Source: Centroscyllium fabricii (taxonomy: Eukaryota). Taken from it: 64,000 bases of DNA. The DNA is taken from positions 9,486,001-9,550,000 of the forward strand of contig JBNRSN020000010.1 in the NCBI GenBank assembly GCA_051313645.2, read 5' to 3'. Of the stretch, positions 11,830 through 26,200 are shown piece after piece; within the stretch, counting starts at the first letter, position 1, and each line of letters begins with the position of its first letter. The position numbers and the translations under genes were made by a program. A model generated the notes under the pieces. That model had not been told where the DNA came from and made no database searches. It saw only the letters and a list, made by a program, of their open reading frames with translations.

Positions 11830-13555
11830 AGATATAAAAAATGTATAGTGACTTTCGTTTGAAATTATTCCGGTAAACTTTTATGTACCAGTTACATACT
11901 TTTGTTCTGTCTTCAAAAAGGAGGACATAAATAATCTCCCAGTGACGTCGGGGAACATAGGCTCTAATGACAGGGTGGAACTGAAATAAATCAGTATTTG
12001 TTGGGAAATGGTGTTGAGGAAATTGATGGAATTCAAGGTCGATAGATTTCGAGGGACTGGACATTTATATCCCAGGATATTTAAGGAAGCGGTCCGAGAA
12101 ATAATAGATCCATTGCTGATCAGCTTCAAAAATTCAGTGAGTCTGTAATGGTACACGTGGATTGGAGCGTAGCTAAAGTTACCACACTATTCAAAAATAT
12201 GGTCAAGAGAAAATGGGGAATTATAGACCGGTAAGCCTGACATCGGTAGTGGGGAAATTGATAAGAGTATATTATAAGAGATTGAATAGAAGAGCACTTG
12301 CAAATCTGTGAACGGATCGGACAAAGTCAAACTGAATTTACAAAGGGTAAGTCGTGCTTCACTAATCTACTGGAATTTTTGATGTAACTAACAAAATAGA
12401 TCAGGGTCATCCAATGGATATGTTGTATTTGGACTTCAAACCACGTTCGATAATGTCCCGCTTAAGAAATCAGCATGTAAAGTTAAGTCACATGGGATTG
12501 GGGCAAGGTATGGACTTGGTTAGAAAACTAGTTGACAGACAGAAAGCAAAGAGTTGGAATAATGGGGTATTTTTCCGAGTGGCAGGCAGTGACTAGTGGG
12601 GTGCCGCATGGATTGGTCCTTGGACCGCAACTATTCACAATATATAATTAATGAGACTAGGGAACTAAATGTAATATTTCCATGTTTGCAGATGATACAC
12701 AGTTAGGTGGGGGTGCGTGTTGTGTGGAGGATAACGAGAAAATCCAGTCTGATTTGGACATGTTGGGTGAGTGGGCAGAATCATAGCAGATGCAATGTAA
12801 CATGGATAAATGCGAGGTTATCCCCTTTGGTGTCAAAATAGTAGAAGGCAAATTAACATCTGAATGGCAATAGATTGGGAGAAGCGGAAATGCAACAAGA
12901 CCTGTGCGTCCTTGTGCACCGGTCGGTGAAAGTAAGCATGCCGGTGCAACAGGCGTTTAAGAAGGCAAATAGCACGTCGGCATTCGTAGCGAGTATGTCT
13001 GTGTACAGGAAAATGATGACTTTCTGCAGTTATACAGGGCCTTGGCGAGATAACCTCTTGCGAATTGTATTCAGTTTTGGTCACCTTATCTGAGAAAGTA
13101 AGTGCTTGATATAGAGGGCATGGACCGGAGATTCACCAACCTGATAACTGAGATGGCGTGAATGACGTATCATGAGAGATTTCGTATATGGGACTTGCAT
13201 AGAAGAATGAGACGGGATCTAATTGAAACTTTAAAAATTCTAAAAGGACTAGACAGACTAGATGCAGGAAGGATGTTTCTGATGGTCGGGGAGTCCAGAA
13301 CCAGGGGTCACAGTTTAAGGTTTAGGGGTTAGACAGTTAAAAGTGATGAGGTGTATCCTATTCACACATTGATCGGTGAACCTGTTGAATTCTCTACCAC
13401 AGAAGGCCATAGATGTCAATTTACTAAATATATTGAAGAAGGAGTTGGATATATTTCTTAAGAATAAAGTGATGAAGGGATATGGCAAGAAGGCTGGAAA
13501 ATATACTGAGATTGGATGATCAGCCATGATCTCATTGAACGGCAAAGCAGGCTTC
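11830..13555 (+). mobile_element. Older decayed CR1 LINE (RT to 3' UTR)
   Basis: GNYRPVSLTSVVGK (about 12215), GKSCFTNLLEF, MFADD (about 12682) and 3' UTR gatcagccatgatctcattgaa; many stops and frameshifts. Confidence 0.85.
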
Positions 13556-13559
13556 AGGC

Positions 13560-16500
13560 TCACCAACGAGGTGTTCGCAAGGCACTTCCTGCTGAGCCGA
13601 AGGCAGCAGTCCAGCGAGTCCGTTACGGAATTAACTGCAGTCCTGCGTGTGCTCGAGTGGGTCTGCAACTCTCGGCAAGTAACGGCCCAGAGCAGCGTAG
13701 AGGATCTGATCCGTGATACCTTCGTTGCGGGGATAAACTCCACTTAACCCCGCCAGCGGCTTCTGGAGCAAGACGGTCTCGAAATAAAAAGTGCAACTGC
13801 CCAGGCGCAATCGCTTGACACAGAGCATCAAAATACGGAGGCGTTCGAACATCCAGTGGCCTCTGGGATATCGTGGGCGCACCATCGTGGGTAGGATCGA
13901 GCCCCGCTGCGCCACCCCAGCTAACGTCCGCATCGGCGTCCCGGGCACAAAAATGTTACTTCTGCGGCCTTCCTAAACACCCGAGACAGCGCTACCCCGG
14001 GAGAAACGCAACATGCTCGAGCTGCAAAAGAAAGGGTCACTACCCGAACGTTTGCATGGCCAGATCCACCCCAACCCTAACAGTGCCGTGTATGCACCCT
14101 GGAGCGGCCACCTTACCCCAGCATATGGCGATCCTGGCAGCAGCCATCATGCATCGGGCAGCCATGTTCAACAGTCTGCGTGTGGACTCTGGGCGCAGCC
14201 ATATATAATCCTGTCACTGCGATCTTTTATACAGGCGCTTCCCGCACTGACTCTGCAAGCCTTCCGGCTCCTACCCACCTCCATTTCGACGACGACCTAC
14301 TGCTTCCCCAACAGCCCTCCATCACCCTCGACCCGTCTCGGCCCCACCAGCTCGCCAGATCGACCATGGACATAGCAGTAAACTGGCTCTTTGACTCGGC
14401 CAGTACCGAATATTTTATCCACCAAGACACGGTGCGGCAGCTCCTCCTCACAGTACTCCCAGCGTAACAACGGATCTCCCTGGTCTCTAACGCCAAAAAA
14501 GCTGAGGTCGGCGTGTCCTGTTTTGTGATGTTAATGGTGCGGGGCACTGTGTATAAGCAGTTTAAACTCTTCATCCTCTCCCAGCTCAGTACAGTCGTTC
14601 TGCTCTGCTAGATTTCCAGAGACATCTCGATAGCGTCACCATGGTTCACCATGGAGTATTTTGGGCACCTACCCCCCTACGATCTGCAGCCAGCAGTTCT
14701 TAAAACATCCGCCACGTACTGTCTGCACGCTGTCGACAATCAGGGCTGCCCCTTCTACACTTTTTGCTAACCTCTCCACCCTGCAAGCCCATAGCAACGA
14801 AGAGCAGGCACAACATTATGGGGATAGACTCTTCTTCATGTCAGAGGTTCAGCGGCTCCTGATGGAGTGGGATATTATGGGCAGCAACAGCACTTAGAGA
14901 GCACAGGTTGTGGTCGTCAAGACTGGCGCAAATCCCTGCCTGGTCAACGACTAAATCCAAATGATCAATCACTTTACTCAAGTAGTCACCTACCCCCTAC
15001 CGCGCATCTCGGACATGCTTAACCAGATTGTGCAGTATCAGGTGTTTTCTACGATGGACTTAAATTCGGCGTATCACCAGCTCCCCATCCACCCCGAAGA
15101 CCACCAGTTCAGCGCCTTTGAGGTGAACAGCCGTCTTTATCACTTCCTCAGGGTCCCGTTTGGCGTCACCAACGGTGTGTCGGTATTCCAACGGAAGATG
15201 GACCGCATGGTGGACCAAAACGGGCGGCTGGTTATCTTCCCCTACCCCACAACGTCACCATCTGCGGCCAAGACATCCAGGACAAGGATGCCAACCTGAC
15301 AAGTTTCCTCCAGATCGCCGAGCTCCTTAAACTCAACTTTAACCAGGAAAATGCGTTTCCCGCACCACCCGCCTCACTAGCCTGGGTTGTGTCGTGGAGA
15401 ATTGCTTCATCAGCGCTGACCCCGAATGCATGCGACCCCTCCTTGAACTTCCACTCCCCCACCATACCAGGTCGCTGAAATGGTGTCTGCGATACTTTTC
15501 ATACTACGCCTAATGTGTCCCCCAGTACACTGACAAAACCCACACCATCATTAAATCCACCTCCTTCCCCCTGGCGACCAAAGCTCGAATGGCATTCGTC
15601 AGGATTAGCTCACACATCACCAGGACCTCCATGCATGCAGTGGACGATTCCACCACGTTCCAGATGGAAAGCGATGCCAATGACTTCACCATGGCGACCA
15701 CCCTCAACCAGGCGGCGAGACCGGTGGCCTTCTTTTCCCGCACACTCCAAGGACCTGAAATCAGGCACTTGTCACTGGAAAAGGAGAACCAGGCCATCGT
15801 GGAAGCCGTGTGGCACTGGAGACATTACCTGGCCGGTAGAAGATTTAACCTGCTCACGGACGAACAGTCAGTAACCTTAATGCTTAGTAAAAAACAGATG
15901 TAAAATCAAAAATGATAAAATCTTGAGGTGGAGAAATGAGCTGTCAACCTATAACTACGACATATTATACTGGCCTAATAAACTCCATGAGCCCCCAGAT
16001 GCTCTATCACGTGGAAACTCTGCCAGTGCACAAGTGGATAGATTGCAATCCATCCACAATGACATCTGACACCCGGGATTCCCCAAACTCGTTCAGTTCT
16101 TCAAGTCCTGCAAACTGCCCTACTCCATTTCGGACATCCGGGAAGTGACCAGGTGCTGCACGACAGGCGCAGAGTGGAAAACACAATTCTACAGACCAAA
16201 CAGAGCTATTCTGATCAAGGCCATCCGCCCCTTTGAGCTCCTGAGCGTCGACTTCAAAGGGCCCCACGCCTGCACTAAATGAAGCATGTACTTCCTCACA
16301 GTCATCGATGAGTTTTCTCTTCTTACTTTGCCATCGCCTGACTGGACATTACCGCAGCGACTGCCATCAGGTTTTAGCACAGCATCTTCACCATGTTCGG
16401 CCTCCCCAACTTCTTGCACAGTGACCGGGGGTCGTCGTTCATGGTCGATGAGCTGCGCCAGTAGCTGCTCTAGAAAGGATTCGCAACAAGCAGGACCACC

Positions 16501-17473
16501 AGTTACAACCGCCGCGGGAACAGGCAGGTGAAGCGGGAGAACGCGATGGTCTGGACGGCCATCAGCCTAGCCCTGCGGCCCAGTGGACTCCCAGTCTCCC
16601 GCTGACAGGAGATCCTCCCTGATGCACTCCACTGCCCTCCATTTGGTCGCTAATCTGCACCGCGACCAACGCTACCCCTCATGAGTCGATTTTTTCGTTC
16701 CCCATTAATTCCAACTCCGGGACCTCGCTACCATCGCTGCTGACATCCCCAGGGCCCGTCCTGCTTCGGAGACTCGTGAGGTGCCATAAGGCGGATCCCC
16801 AGGTCTAAAGGGTACAGCTCCTCCACACGAAACCCCAATATGCTTACGTGGAGTTCCCTGACGGGCGGGAGGACACAATTTCCATCAGAGACCTTGCACC
16901 ATCGTGTGCCTCTGAGACCACCACTCCCCCCCCACCGTATCTTTCGACGCACCTTTGTTACCACGTTTTTATCTAGCACCTGTAGACGGTACGCCAGAGA
17001 CCAGGGACCTTCCGATGCACAATCATCAGACAACTATCGCCGCACCACCGATGGCAACTGAGGATACCGCATGGCTGCCGGCAATGCGACGGTCGCTGAG
17101 GGAGAGCAGACAACCAGACAGGCTTCTCTACCACGGGCAGAACTGCTTCATCCCGCCGGACTTCATCTTAAACAAGGGGTAAATGAGGAAATCCTTTATT
17201 ATTATTTACCAACAATCTGTATTGTACATAGTTCACTCTTGTCTGTATTGTACATATTTCACTGTTTAGTACATGGTCACCTCTTGGCTAGCTGGGATGG
17301 CTAAGGCGGCTCCTCCGCCTGGCACCACCCACATACTCGGGTATAAAGGTGGCAGCCATATCGACCGCATGCCATTCCCAGGACCTGCTATCGCTTGGAC
17401 CTGTACTCCTGTTCTTGTAAATAAAAGCATCAGTTACTTCTCTCCAAGACTCACAGTAATTGTATGAGTATCA
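13560..17473 (+). mobile_element. Decayed Ty3/Gypsy LTR retrotransposon lacking its 5' LTR
   Basis: gag zinc knuckles (CYFCGLPKH; CSSCKRKGH), protease LFDSAST, RT (YPLPRI, MDLNSAYHQ, RVPFGVTN), RNase H (ESDAND, RPVAFFSR) and integrase (DFKGP, VIDEFS), followed by a PPT-like tract and 3' LTR. Confidence 0.92.
17184..17473 (+). repeat. 3' LTR of the Gypsy element
   Basis: TG...CA termini after purine tract aaacaaggggtaaa; TATAAA at 17342 and AATAAA at about 17420. Confidence 0.7.
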
Positions 17474-17474
17474 G

Positions 17475-17900
17475 AATGTAATTGGTTGCAGGCACTCTTC
17501 CATTATTTGAAGGAGCTGCTCTACGATTTTCGGCTGCATTTCAGTTCCACGCTCCTCATCTTTGGTCACTATTGCAGGGATGTGTTTTCTGGCGGATCAG
17601 GGGACAGCCTCGTAGAAATGTACCTGTGCCTTGCCAAAGTGGCCATCAACAGGTCCAGGAAGCGTCTGGTCTAGGGAATCGTTCCATGCGTCTGCCTGCC
17701 TCTCTTCCGCGGCTAGATTCTCACCCAGCTAGCCCTGGAAATGGAGCACATTGTGTCCGCCGGTATGCTCGAGGCCTGCACCATCCTGTGAACACCGGAG
17801 GGACTGGAGTGCATCACCACCGCCGGCAAAAACATTTTAATTTAAGTTGTTAAGTTTTCTTTAAATGTTTTATTGTGTTACAGATAATTTGTTTATTGAT
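17475..17900 (+). mobile_element. L1/Tx1-like LINE 3' fragment
   Basis: QALFHYLKELLYDFRLHFSSTLLIFGH..LCLAKVAINRSR resembles the recalled shark Tx1 ORF2 C-terminus; followed by a T-rich 3' UTR. Confidence 0.7.
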
Positions 17901-19579
17901 TCCACCAAAAGCGTTACAATAGAAATGTTGCCCTTCTATGCTTAGTTATTTGTACCATATAGTCACAGTCTCGAAATTGTCCGACAGCTTGTCCGACATC
18001 TAGTACAGGGTGAAAATTAATTTTCTCCAACAAAATCTTCGGAAGCCCGACGCCATTTTAAACCTTCTAATTAAACTAGTACTTGGACTTATTTCATAGA
18101 ACAGCATTTTTTACTAAAACTCACAATTTGTTAATGCCTATGTTTACAGCTTCCTGTTTTGATGCTCACTAAAGTACTTACAATGTGTTATACCTCGTTC
18201 AAGTAATGTGGCTGCACTTCACGAAATGATTCCCAGCCATATATTGCATGTAAAATTTAAGAATTAAAATGTTATTCATAATGGTAATAGAAAACCTCTT
18301 TTCCGTGTTTATAGTTGGATTATATTTGTGTTTTGTTCACTTTGATTTGAAAGGTCATAAATGCTTGGTGAAATCTACTAGATGTTCACTATAGTAACAT
18401 TTCTCATTCAACTCCGGAAGTGATTAAAATGAAACTCGTTCGATGAAAACATATCTCCTCCAACTAAACCTGCAAAATGTACTTCTGCTTTTCATAAATG
18501 AGTCTGAACCTGGCTTCTCGTATACCTGTTGGGTTCATTGTTTTGAAAAGCGCTATTCATTACAACAGAAACCTCTCAGGATGAATGAGATAATTTTACA
18601 CTGTAACTGCTTAAAATCAGTTCAAACAGCTCTGCAGTCAACTACTTTTAAGCGATGAGTCTGCTAAATATATTTTCTCCATCAATATTCATGTCAATTG
18701 CAAGTGACAGATATTTTCACAAGTTAATGCTTTCTAAAATTGCTTTTTTGCATTGTTAAGTAAACATGCAAGGGCGGACTAATCGTTTTCCACTCGAAAT
18801 TGAATGAGGAGATTGTAGATGGTGCTGTCCTATGTTTGTCTCTGTATCGGGGAAATGCAAACTGGTGATTTATTCACTGCAGATCTTCTTTTACGATGGG
18901 AAACTGGCTCATTTGCGTGCTGTCACGAAACAGAAAAACACGTCCGTAATTGCTCGGTAGTTGCTGGACAAAAAGCCCAATTCTGTGCCAACAGTTCGTT
19001 TTTCACTTGCGGTGTAGAGGATCTGTCAAGGCAAGGTCGCATGGATAGAATGTAGAGGTTGCGTGGAAAACCCGAACTGGCGGCATGTTTCAATGGGGTA
19101 TGATGACGTAGGCTCAGAGTACATTGTCATCCCACCTCATAATCGGGGCCAATGTAACAGGATCAGCATCAGCGGCCAATGGAATGTCCCTCGAATAAAA
19201 ATCTGACTGGTTGCTTTGTAACAATTACGGTTTATTTGTCGGTGATGTTAATGTCTCCAATTTATTGAATGGTTAATTTTGATGTGCACTCATGTCTCTT
19301 TGTGCCTAAGAGAAAGTTATGTTTACAGTCTTACGGCAAACAGATTACACATTTTAAAACAGAAATCTAGCTGTATTGTGGTAGCCTCTACCATTAAATT
19401 GGCTGGTGCGGTTTGTAGCAGCCAAACCCAAAAAACACGCAGATCTGTGGCATTGCCTGTCTGTGTACTGATTTCCGCCAATTGAAAACCCTTTATCTTC
19501 CCTAGTAATCGAACTTGAGTTTACTTTTCAAAGACTGATGTAGAGTTTATGTTAGCAGAATATCCACAACCATCAAAAT

Positions 19580-20010
19580 AACATAAGACATAGAAGGAGG
19601 TGTAAGCCATTTTGAAATTTGATTTGCCCAGCCATTCAATACGATCACAGATGATCTTAGACCTCATCTCCACTTTCCTGCACTGTGCCCATAGCCCTTT
19701 ATTCCCTTAATATTCAAAAACCTATCGAGCATGGTTTGAACACACTGAACAAATGAGCCTCCAAGGCTTTCTGAGCTAGAGAACTCCAAAGATTCTCATC
19801 CGTCTCAGAGAAGAAAGTTCTCCTCGTCGCATTCCTAAATGGACGACCCCTAATTGTGAGACTGTGAACCCTGCCTCTAGACTCCCCAGCCAGAGGAATC
19901 ATCCTACTTGCATATACCCTGTCAAGTCCTGTAAGAGTTTCTATTTTTCGTTAGAACACATCTAATTGCTCTAACTGCTGGAGAATATAAGCATCTTCTG
20001 CTCAAATTCT
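19580..20010 (-). mobile_element. CR1 3' fragment
   Basis: Minus ORF 19714-19902 (GESRGRVHSLTIRGRPFR..FFSE..NLWSSL) and tail acataagacatag. Confidence 0.85.
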
Positions 20011-20014
20011 CCTT

Positions 20015-20240
20015 AGTGCATTGATCTATTGTATTGCAGATGTCGATTATATTGCATTTATATTCCATTGCAATGTTTTCTTGCATTGCAAAGCATGATC
20101 ATATTGAAAGCAATATTCCATTTCAATGTGCTGTTGCCTTGCAAATTAATATAGTTTTCCATTGCAACATTCTAATGTACTCAGAAATACTATTATATTG
20201 CAAAGTGATGTACGATTGTAATGTTCGATTGCATTGCTGA
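20015..20240. repeat. Degenerate ATTGCA-rich tandem/low-complexity tract
   Basis: Many ATTGCA/ATTGTA/TTGCA motifs within about 225 bp, lying between two opposed CR1 fragments. Confidence 0.6.
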
Positions 20241-21055
20241 TATCTAAGAGACTGAGCAAAGATTTGGCGGAGGAATATAATAGAGGAAATTGTGACGTTA
20301 TGCACAGTGGCAGGACACATAATAGAGCGCTTTATTATCTTAATGGAAAAAAACTGGGAAATACTTCAGTGCAAATGGATCTGGGTGTCCTGGTGCAGAA
20401 AACACAAGAAGTTAGTATGCAGGTGCAGCAGATGATCAGGAAGGCAAACGCAATGTTGCATTTTATTGCTATTGGGATGGAGTATAAAAAGAGGGATGTC
20501 TTTCTGCAGTTGTGCATGGTATTGTTGAGACGACACCATCAATACTGCACACAGTTCTGGTGTCCAGAATTAAGAAAATACAGACTTGCTCTCGAGGCAG
20601 TACAAAGAAAGTTCACTAGGGTAATTCCGGGGATGAGGCGGCTGACATATGACGAGAGGATGAGTAGATTTGGCCTCCACTCACTGGATTTCAGAAGAAT
20701 GAGAGGCGATCTTATTTAAACATATAGGAATGTGAAGGGGATTGACCAGGTGCATATATTGACTGGGCAAGTTAGTTGACCAAAAGCTAGGATCAGATCG
20801 GCCATGTGATATCCTGGACACGTTTCGATCGCCTGGATGGGTGGGAGAGAATTTTTTCAGATTTTTTCTCCCAAATTGGCCACTGGGTTTTTTACCTGTT
20901 TTGTGGCCTCTCCCGGGAGATGACATGGATTCCGGCGGGATGGAGAGTGAAAGTTGATTTGAGTTTAGGATCAGATCATCCAGGATCTTGTTGAATGGAG
21001 GAGCAGGCTTGTGCTGTCGATTAGCCGACTGCTGCTCCTATTTGATGTGATCTTA
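20240..21055 (+). mobile_element. CR1 3' fragment(s)
   Basis: ORF 20234-20719 (DLGVLV, KANAML, YCTQFW, LEAVQRKFTRVIPGM, RRMRGDLI) followed by CR1-type 3' UTR. Confidence 0.8.
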
Positions 21056-21059
21056 TAAA

Positions 21060-22310
21060 GTTGCCAGAATAAGCAGCCAACCTGAGGATTGTAAAGATTT
21101 TATGTATTATCAAAGTGGGACCTCCAAATTGATAAAGAAATGGAAAGTGGAATACCTGCGCAAAGTAGCGAAAAATATAAAAACGAAAAGTAATATTTTC
21201 TATAGGTATGTGAAAAGGAAAAACTGGAGAAGTTAATTTTAGTCCCTGTACAGTCAGAGACGGCAGAATTTAAAATGGGGAATGAGGACATGGGGAGAAA
21301 TTAAATACAAACTATGTTTCTGTCTTAATGGAGGAAGACACAAAACATCTCCCGGAAATACAAAGATCCATGGGTGGGTCAAGAATGAGTAACATAAAGA
21401 AATAATTATTAATAATGAAACAGTACTAGCAAAATTAATGGCACCAACATTCGATAAATCCCAAGGACCGCATGACCTACATCGTAGTGTTTTGAAAGAT
21501 ATGGTCATTGGAATAGTGGACGCATTGGTGCCATCTTGAAATTTCCATAATTCCAGAAAGGTTCTTGCAGATTGGAGGACAGCAAATGTAACCCCGCTAT
21601 TTATGAAAGGATGCAGAGAGAAAGCGGGGAAATACAAAAGTTATAGACACCCAACAGTAGTTGCGAAAATGGGGTAATATGTTATAAAGGATGCAATTGC
21701 TGGGCAATTAGAAATGAGTAATAAGATTGGGCAGAGTCAACTTGTATTTATGAAAGACAAAACCTGTTAGACAAACCTATTGATTTATTTTGAGGAAGGA
21801 ACTACTGGAGTAGACAAAGGGAAGCAGGTAGTAGTGGTTTATCTGGATTTTCTGAAACCCTACAATAAGGTCCCACTCAAGAGGTTGGCGAACAAAATCA
21901 GTGCAAATATAATTGGAGGTAATGTACTGGCATGGATTGCGGATTGGTTAGCAGACATTAAACAAAGAGTAGGGATAAACTGTTTTATTCAAGATGGCTT
22001 ACTGTGTCTAGTGTGGTGCCGCAATGATCGGTGCTTGGGCCCCAGCTATTCACAATATATATCAATGACTTGGATGAGGGGATTAAATGTAACATTTCCA
22101 AATTTGCTCATGATACGAAGCTAAATGGCATTGTCAGATGTGGAAAAGTTGTAAAGAGTCTTCAAGCGGATCTCAAAAGTATCAGTGAGTGGCGGAGAAC
22201 ATGGAAGATGGAAAATAAACTGGATAAATGTGAGGTAATCCAGTTTGTTAGAAAATAAACAAAGACAGATTATTTCCTAAATGGTGAAATATAGGGTAAT
22301 GCTGATGCCA
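21060..22310 (+). mobile_element. Decayed CR1 ORF2 internal fragment
   Basis: DWRTANVTPLF (about 21570), VVYLDFLKPYNKVP, LGPQLFTIYINDLD and SKFAHDTKL. Confidence 0.85.
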
Positions 22311-22368
22311 CAAGCTAAAGAATAGCCTAGTCAAGACTGTGATGGGTAGACATTTGTTCACACAGACG

Positions 22369-22595
22369 TGATGCACGATTAGTTATACACGAGACGAATT
22401 TGAGAATACAACTGAGGCTTTTATTCATAAGAACCCTGGAACATCCTTAGGATGATTGGCAACTTCTGTTAGTGAGTCGGGCACCCAGAGTCTGGGCCTA
22501 TATCAGAGAGGCTGGGGCAGAGTCAGCTTCAGTCTTGCCCAGGCATGTATACAGACATGAGAAAGGCAACTATATACAAACAGTTGTTTACAACA
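22369..22595 (-). repeat. 3' LTR of the minus-strand Gypsy element
   Basis: TG..CA termini; AATAAA on the minus strand at about 22421. The adjacent pyrimidine tract rejoins the internal region at 23230 once the CR1 is removed, mirroring 17150-17185. Confidence 0.65.
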
Positions 22596-22607
22596 TTACA
22601 CCTCTTA

Positions 22608-23229
22608 GGTTTATTGGCCTTCATCAACAGGGGAATAGAGTTTAAGAACCGGGAGGTCATGCTGCAGCTGTACAGGTCACTGGTGAGACCACACGTGGAG
22701 TACTGTGTGCATTTCTGGGCACCGTACTACAGGAGGGATGTGGAGGCGCTGGAGAGAGTGCAGAGGAGATTCACCAGGATGCTGCAGGGAATGGGGGGAA
22801 AGTCATACGAGGAATGGTTAAGGGAACTGGGACTCTTCTCCCTGGAACGGAGAAGGAAGAGGGGGGACTTGATAGAGATGTTTAAAATGATGAAGGGGAT
22901 CGATAGAGTAAACGTGCAAAGACTGTTTCCCCGGGCGGGAAGAACGACAACAAGAGGACACGAGCACAAGATTCAAGGAGGAAGATTCAGAAGGGATGGC
23001 AGGGGTAAGTTCTTTACACAGAGAGTGGTCGGGGAATGCAATAGGCTACCATCTGAAATAGTGGATGCGGAAAGTCTGGGTGCTTTTAAAAGGATGATAG
23101 ACAGGTACATGGAGGGGAAGGAACAGTAGGGGGGCAGGAAAAATCAGAGACGGACTAAGGGCGGCACTACATTGAGGGCCCAAGGGCCTGTACAGTGCTG
23201 TATGTTCTATGTTCTATGTTCTATGTTCT
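22608..23229 (+). mobile_element. Young 5'-truncated CR1 inserted in the Gypsy PPT region
   Basis: Open RT C-terminus to 23129 (LAFINRGIEFK..FFTQRVV) and a clean (TTCTATG)n tail at about 23200-23228. Confidence 0.9.
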
Positions 23230-26200
23230 TTAAAAAGGAGTCCAGCGGGGTGAAGTGAGAGAATGTCAAGTGTACATGAGCCTTTAGGAGTTCTGGTATG
23301 CCTCTGCGATCATTGTAGGTCCAGCTGTGTTACTCCCACGTCTTTTTCCGTACAGGGGCAGTCGGCGGTCGTCGCCTGCGCCCTTGGGTCATGAGCGCAG
23401 TTTACAGGGGCTAGGGTAGAACGATCGGACAAATGCGCCTCCCAGGAGGCAGTGTGTGGCAAAAAGGGTTGGTGCTGTCGCTCGGCGGCATCGGGGGCTC
23501 CCGAGGGGGCGTGGTCCCGAATGGATACCATGTCGACCCGCCCGTCCGGATACGCAATGTCGGCGCATTGGTGGATTGCGTGGAGGAGATAGACTCTTTC
23601 GACGAGGGGGTCTGCCTTATAGCTCCGGACGTGTTTCTGAAGCAGCAGGACCACTGGGGACGTCAACCTAGATGGGAGTGATGTTCCCGAGGTGGACCTC
23701 CTGGGAAAGACAAACATTTTTTCATGAGGGGTAGCGCTTTTGAACATACAGAGAAGGGATTTTAATGGCACAGAGTGCATCAGGAGAACGTCTTGCCAGC
23801 GTAAGTCTGGAAGGCCCCTGAAATTTAGAGCTAGCATGGTGGCCTTCCAGATTGTAGCATTCTCCATCTCCACCTTGCCGATTCCCCGTGGGTTGCAGCT
23901 GGTAGTCCTGCTCATGGCGACTCCTTTTGTGAGCACGAAATACCGCAGCTCATCACTCATAAACGAGGAACCCCGGTCACAATGGGTATAGCTGGGGAAC
24001 CCTAACAGGGCGAACAGATTGGGCAGGGCCTTGATGACCACGGCAGAAGTCATGTCAGGGCAGGCAATGTTGAAGGGGAAACGTGAGTATTCAACAATAA
24101 CGGTAAAAAAGATAAAGTTGCGGACGCAGTAGGGGAGGTGTCCCTTGAAATCGATGCACAGGCGCTCGAAGGGACGGGTGGCCTTGATCAGTTGTGCCCT
24201 GACTGGCCTGGAAAAGTGCGGTTTGCCCGTGGCACAAACAAGGCAGTTCCTGCTCGTGGTCCTGACCAACTCATTGGAGTAGTGCATGTTGTGGGCCTTG
24301 AAGAAATGGAAGAACCGGGTGACCGCTGGGTGGCAGAGGTCATTTTGGTAGGACAGCAGTCCACCAACTTGCGCACTGGCGCATTTTTCCCGGGATAGGG
24401 CATCTGGGGGCTTGTTGAACGTCCCGGGCAGGTACACATTGTCGTAGTTGTAGGTGGACAGTTTAATTATCCACCTCAAGATCTTGTCATCTTTAATTTT
24501 ACCGCGCTGCTGGTTACCAAACATTAAAGCAACTGAGCGCTGGTCAGTGAGCAGTGTAAAACGATGACCGGGCATTTAATGCTTCCAGTGGTGCACAAGC
24601 TTCCACTCTGGCCTGGGCCTCATTCTTGACAGAGGAGGGTCTAGTCTCGGGGAATTTGGCGGTTCGTGGGAAGAAGTGTATGGTTCTGACCGCCTGGTTA
24701 GCGTGGCGGCCAGGGCAAAGTCGGCCGCATCGCTCACCACATGAAACGGGGCAGATTCGTCCACCACATGCATGGTGCCCTTTGCAATGTCCCCTTTCTT
24801 GCAGCTGAAGACCAGATGGGCATCTGTCGTTAGTGGGAAGGAGGTGGGCATAAGGTGCGGGTAATACTTGTCTGCAAAGTTTGGCAGCCATTGGGCTTAG
24901 TTGGAAAAGAAGCCCAACCACCTTTTCCAGGCCTTTTGGCAATGGGGGAGATGGATATGCATGAGGGGGCACATGCATTCTAATCGGGGTCGATGACCCC
25001 GTTTTCCAGGACACAGCCAAAAATTGCAAGGCGGGTTGTGCGTATCATGACTTTTTCCTTGTTATAGGTGAGGCTAAGTTGTTGGGCCATGCAAAGGAAT
25101 TTTTCCAGGTTGGCGTCATGGTCTTGCAGGTCATGGCCGCTGATGGTGACGTTGTCAAGATATAGGAACGTGGCCAGCAGCCCGTGCCGGGAAACCATAC
25201 GGTGCATCGCCCATTGGAAAACCGAGACGCAATTGGTGACCTTAAAAGTGACCCTGAGGAAGTGGTCGAGGCGGCCGTTAGCCTCAAAGGCAGTATATCG
25301 GCAGTCCGCAGCGCGGATGGGGAGCTTGTTTTAAGCTGATTTCAGGGCAGTAGTTTGGAACAAATTGTTCTGGGCAATCTGATTGACCATGTCAGATATG
25401 CAGGGAAGGGGGTACTCTTCAAACTGCAAAAAGTGGTTGATGGTCTGGCTAAAGTGGATGACAAAACAGTGCTTTTCACCAGACTTAACGACGACTACTT
25501 GCGCCTTCCAGGTGCTTGTGCTAGCCTCAATCACCCCTCCTTCAGGAGCCGCGGTACTTCGGACTTCATGACACCCCTGTCCACAGCACTGTATCTCCTG
25601 CTCTTACTGGCTATGGATTTACAGTCTGGAGTGAGGTAACCAAACAGTGTGGGAGGGGCGTCATTGAGTGTCGAGAGGCTGCAGATGATGCGCGGTGTGC
25701 AGTTCAAGGGCTGCTGGCTGCAGACGGTGAGAGGGTTAAGTGTTCCACTTTATGCCATCATAACACGGTTAAGGTGAGTTTGGAAGTCTAACTACAGGAG
25801 GACGTCAATGAAGAGTTTGTGCAGGACTAGAACTTTGAAATCCTTGTAGACTGCGGCTTTCCCAGACAGTGTTACCACTCAGTATCCACTTACATCTGCG
25901 GCCTGGGATTTGGAAACGAGGGAGATGGGCTTGTGCATGGGCAGAGTGTAGAGCGTGTGGTGGCGCACCGTGTCCAGGTGGATAAAGCTTGTAATGCTCC
26001 CCAAGCCAAACAGGCTGTTCGTGGCACAGCCGTTTACCATTATGTCCATCATGGACATTGTGAGGTGGTGTGACTGGGACTGGTCCGACGTAATGTAAGC
26101 CAGTACCGAGATGGTTGGATCATCACAGCTAGCAGGGGAGATCGGTGAGTCCATGACTGGAGGCATCCAAGATGGCGGGCAAGATGGCGGCTCCCATGTG

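Noticed and set aside
17900-19580. Short ORFs in an AT-rich interval
   Set aside because: No recognisable domain or exon structure.
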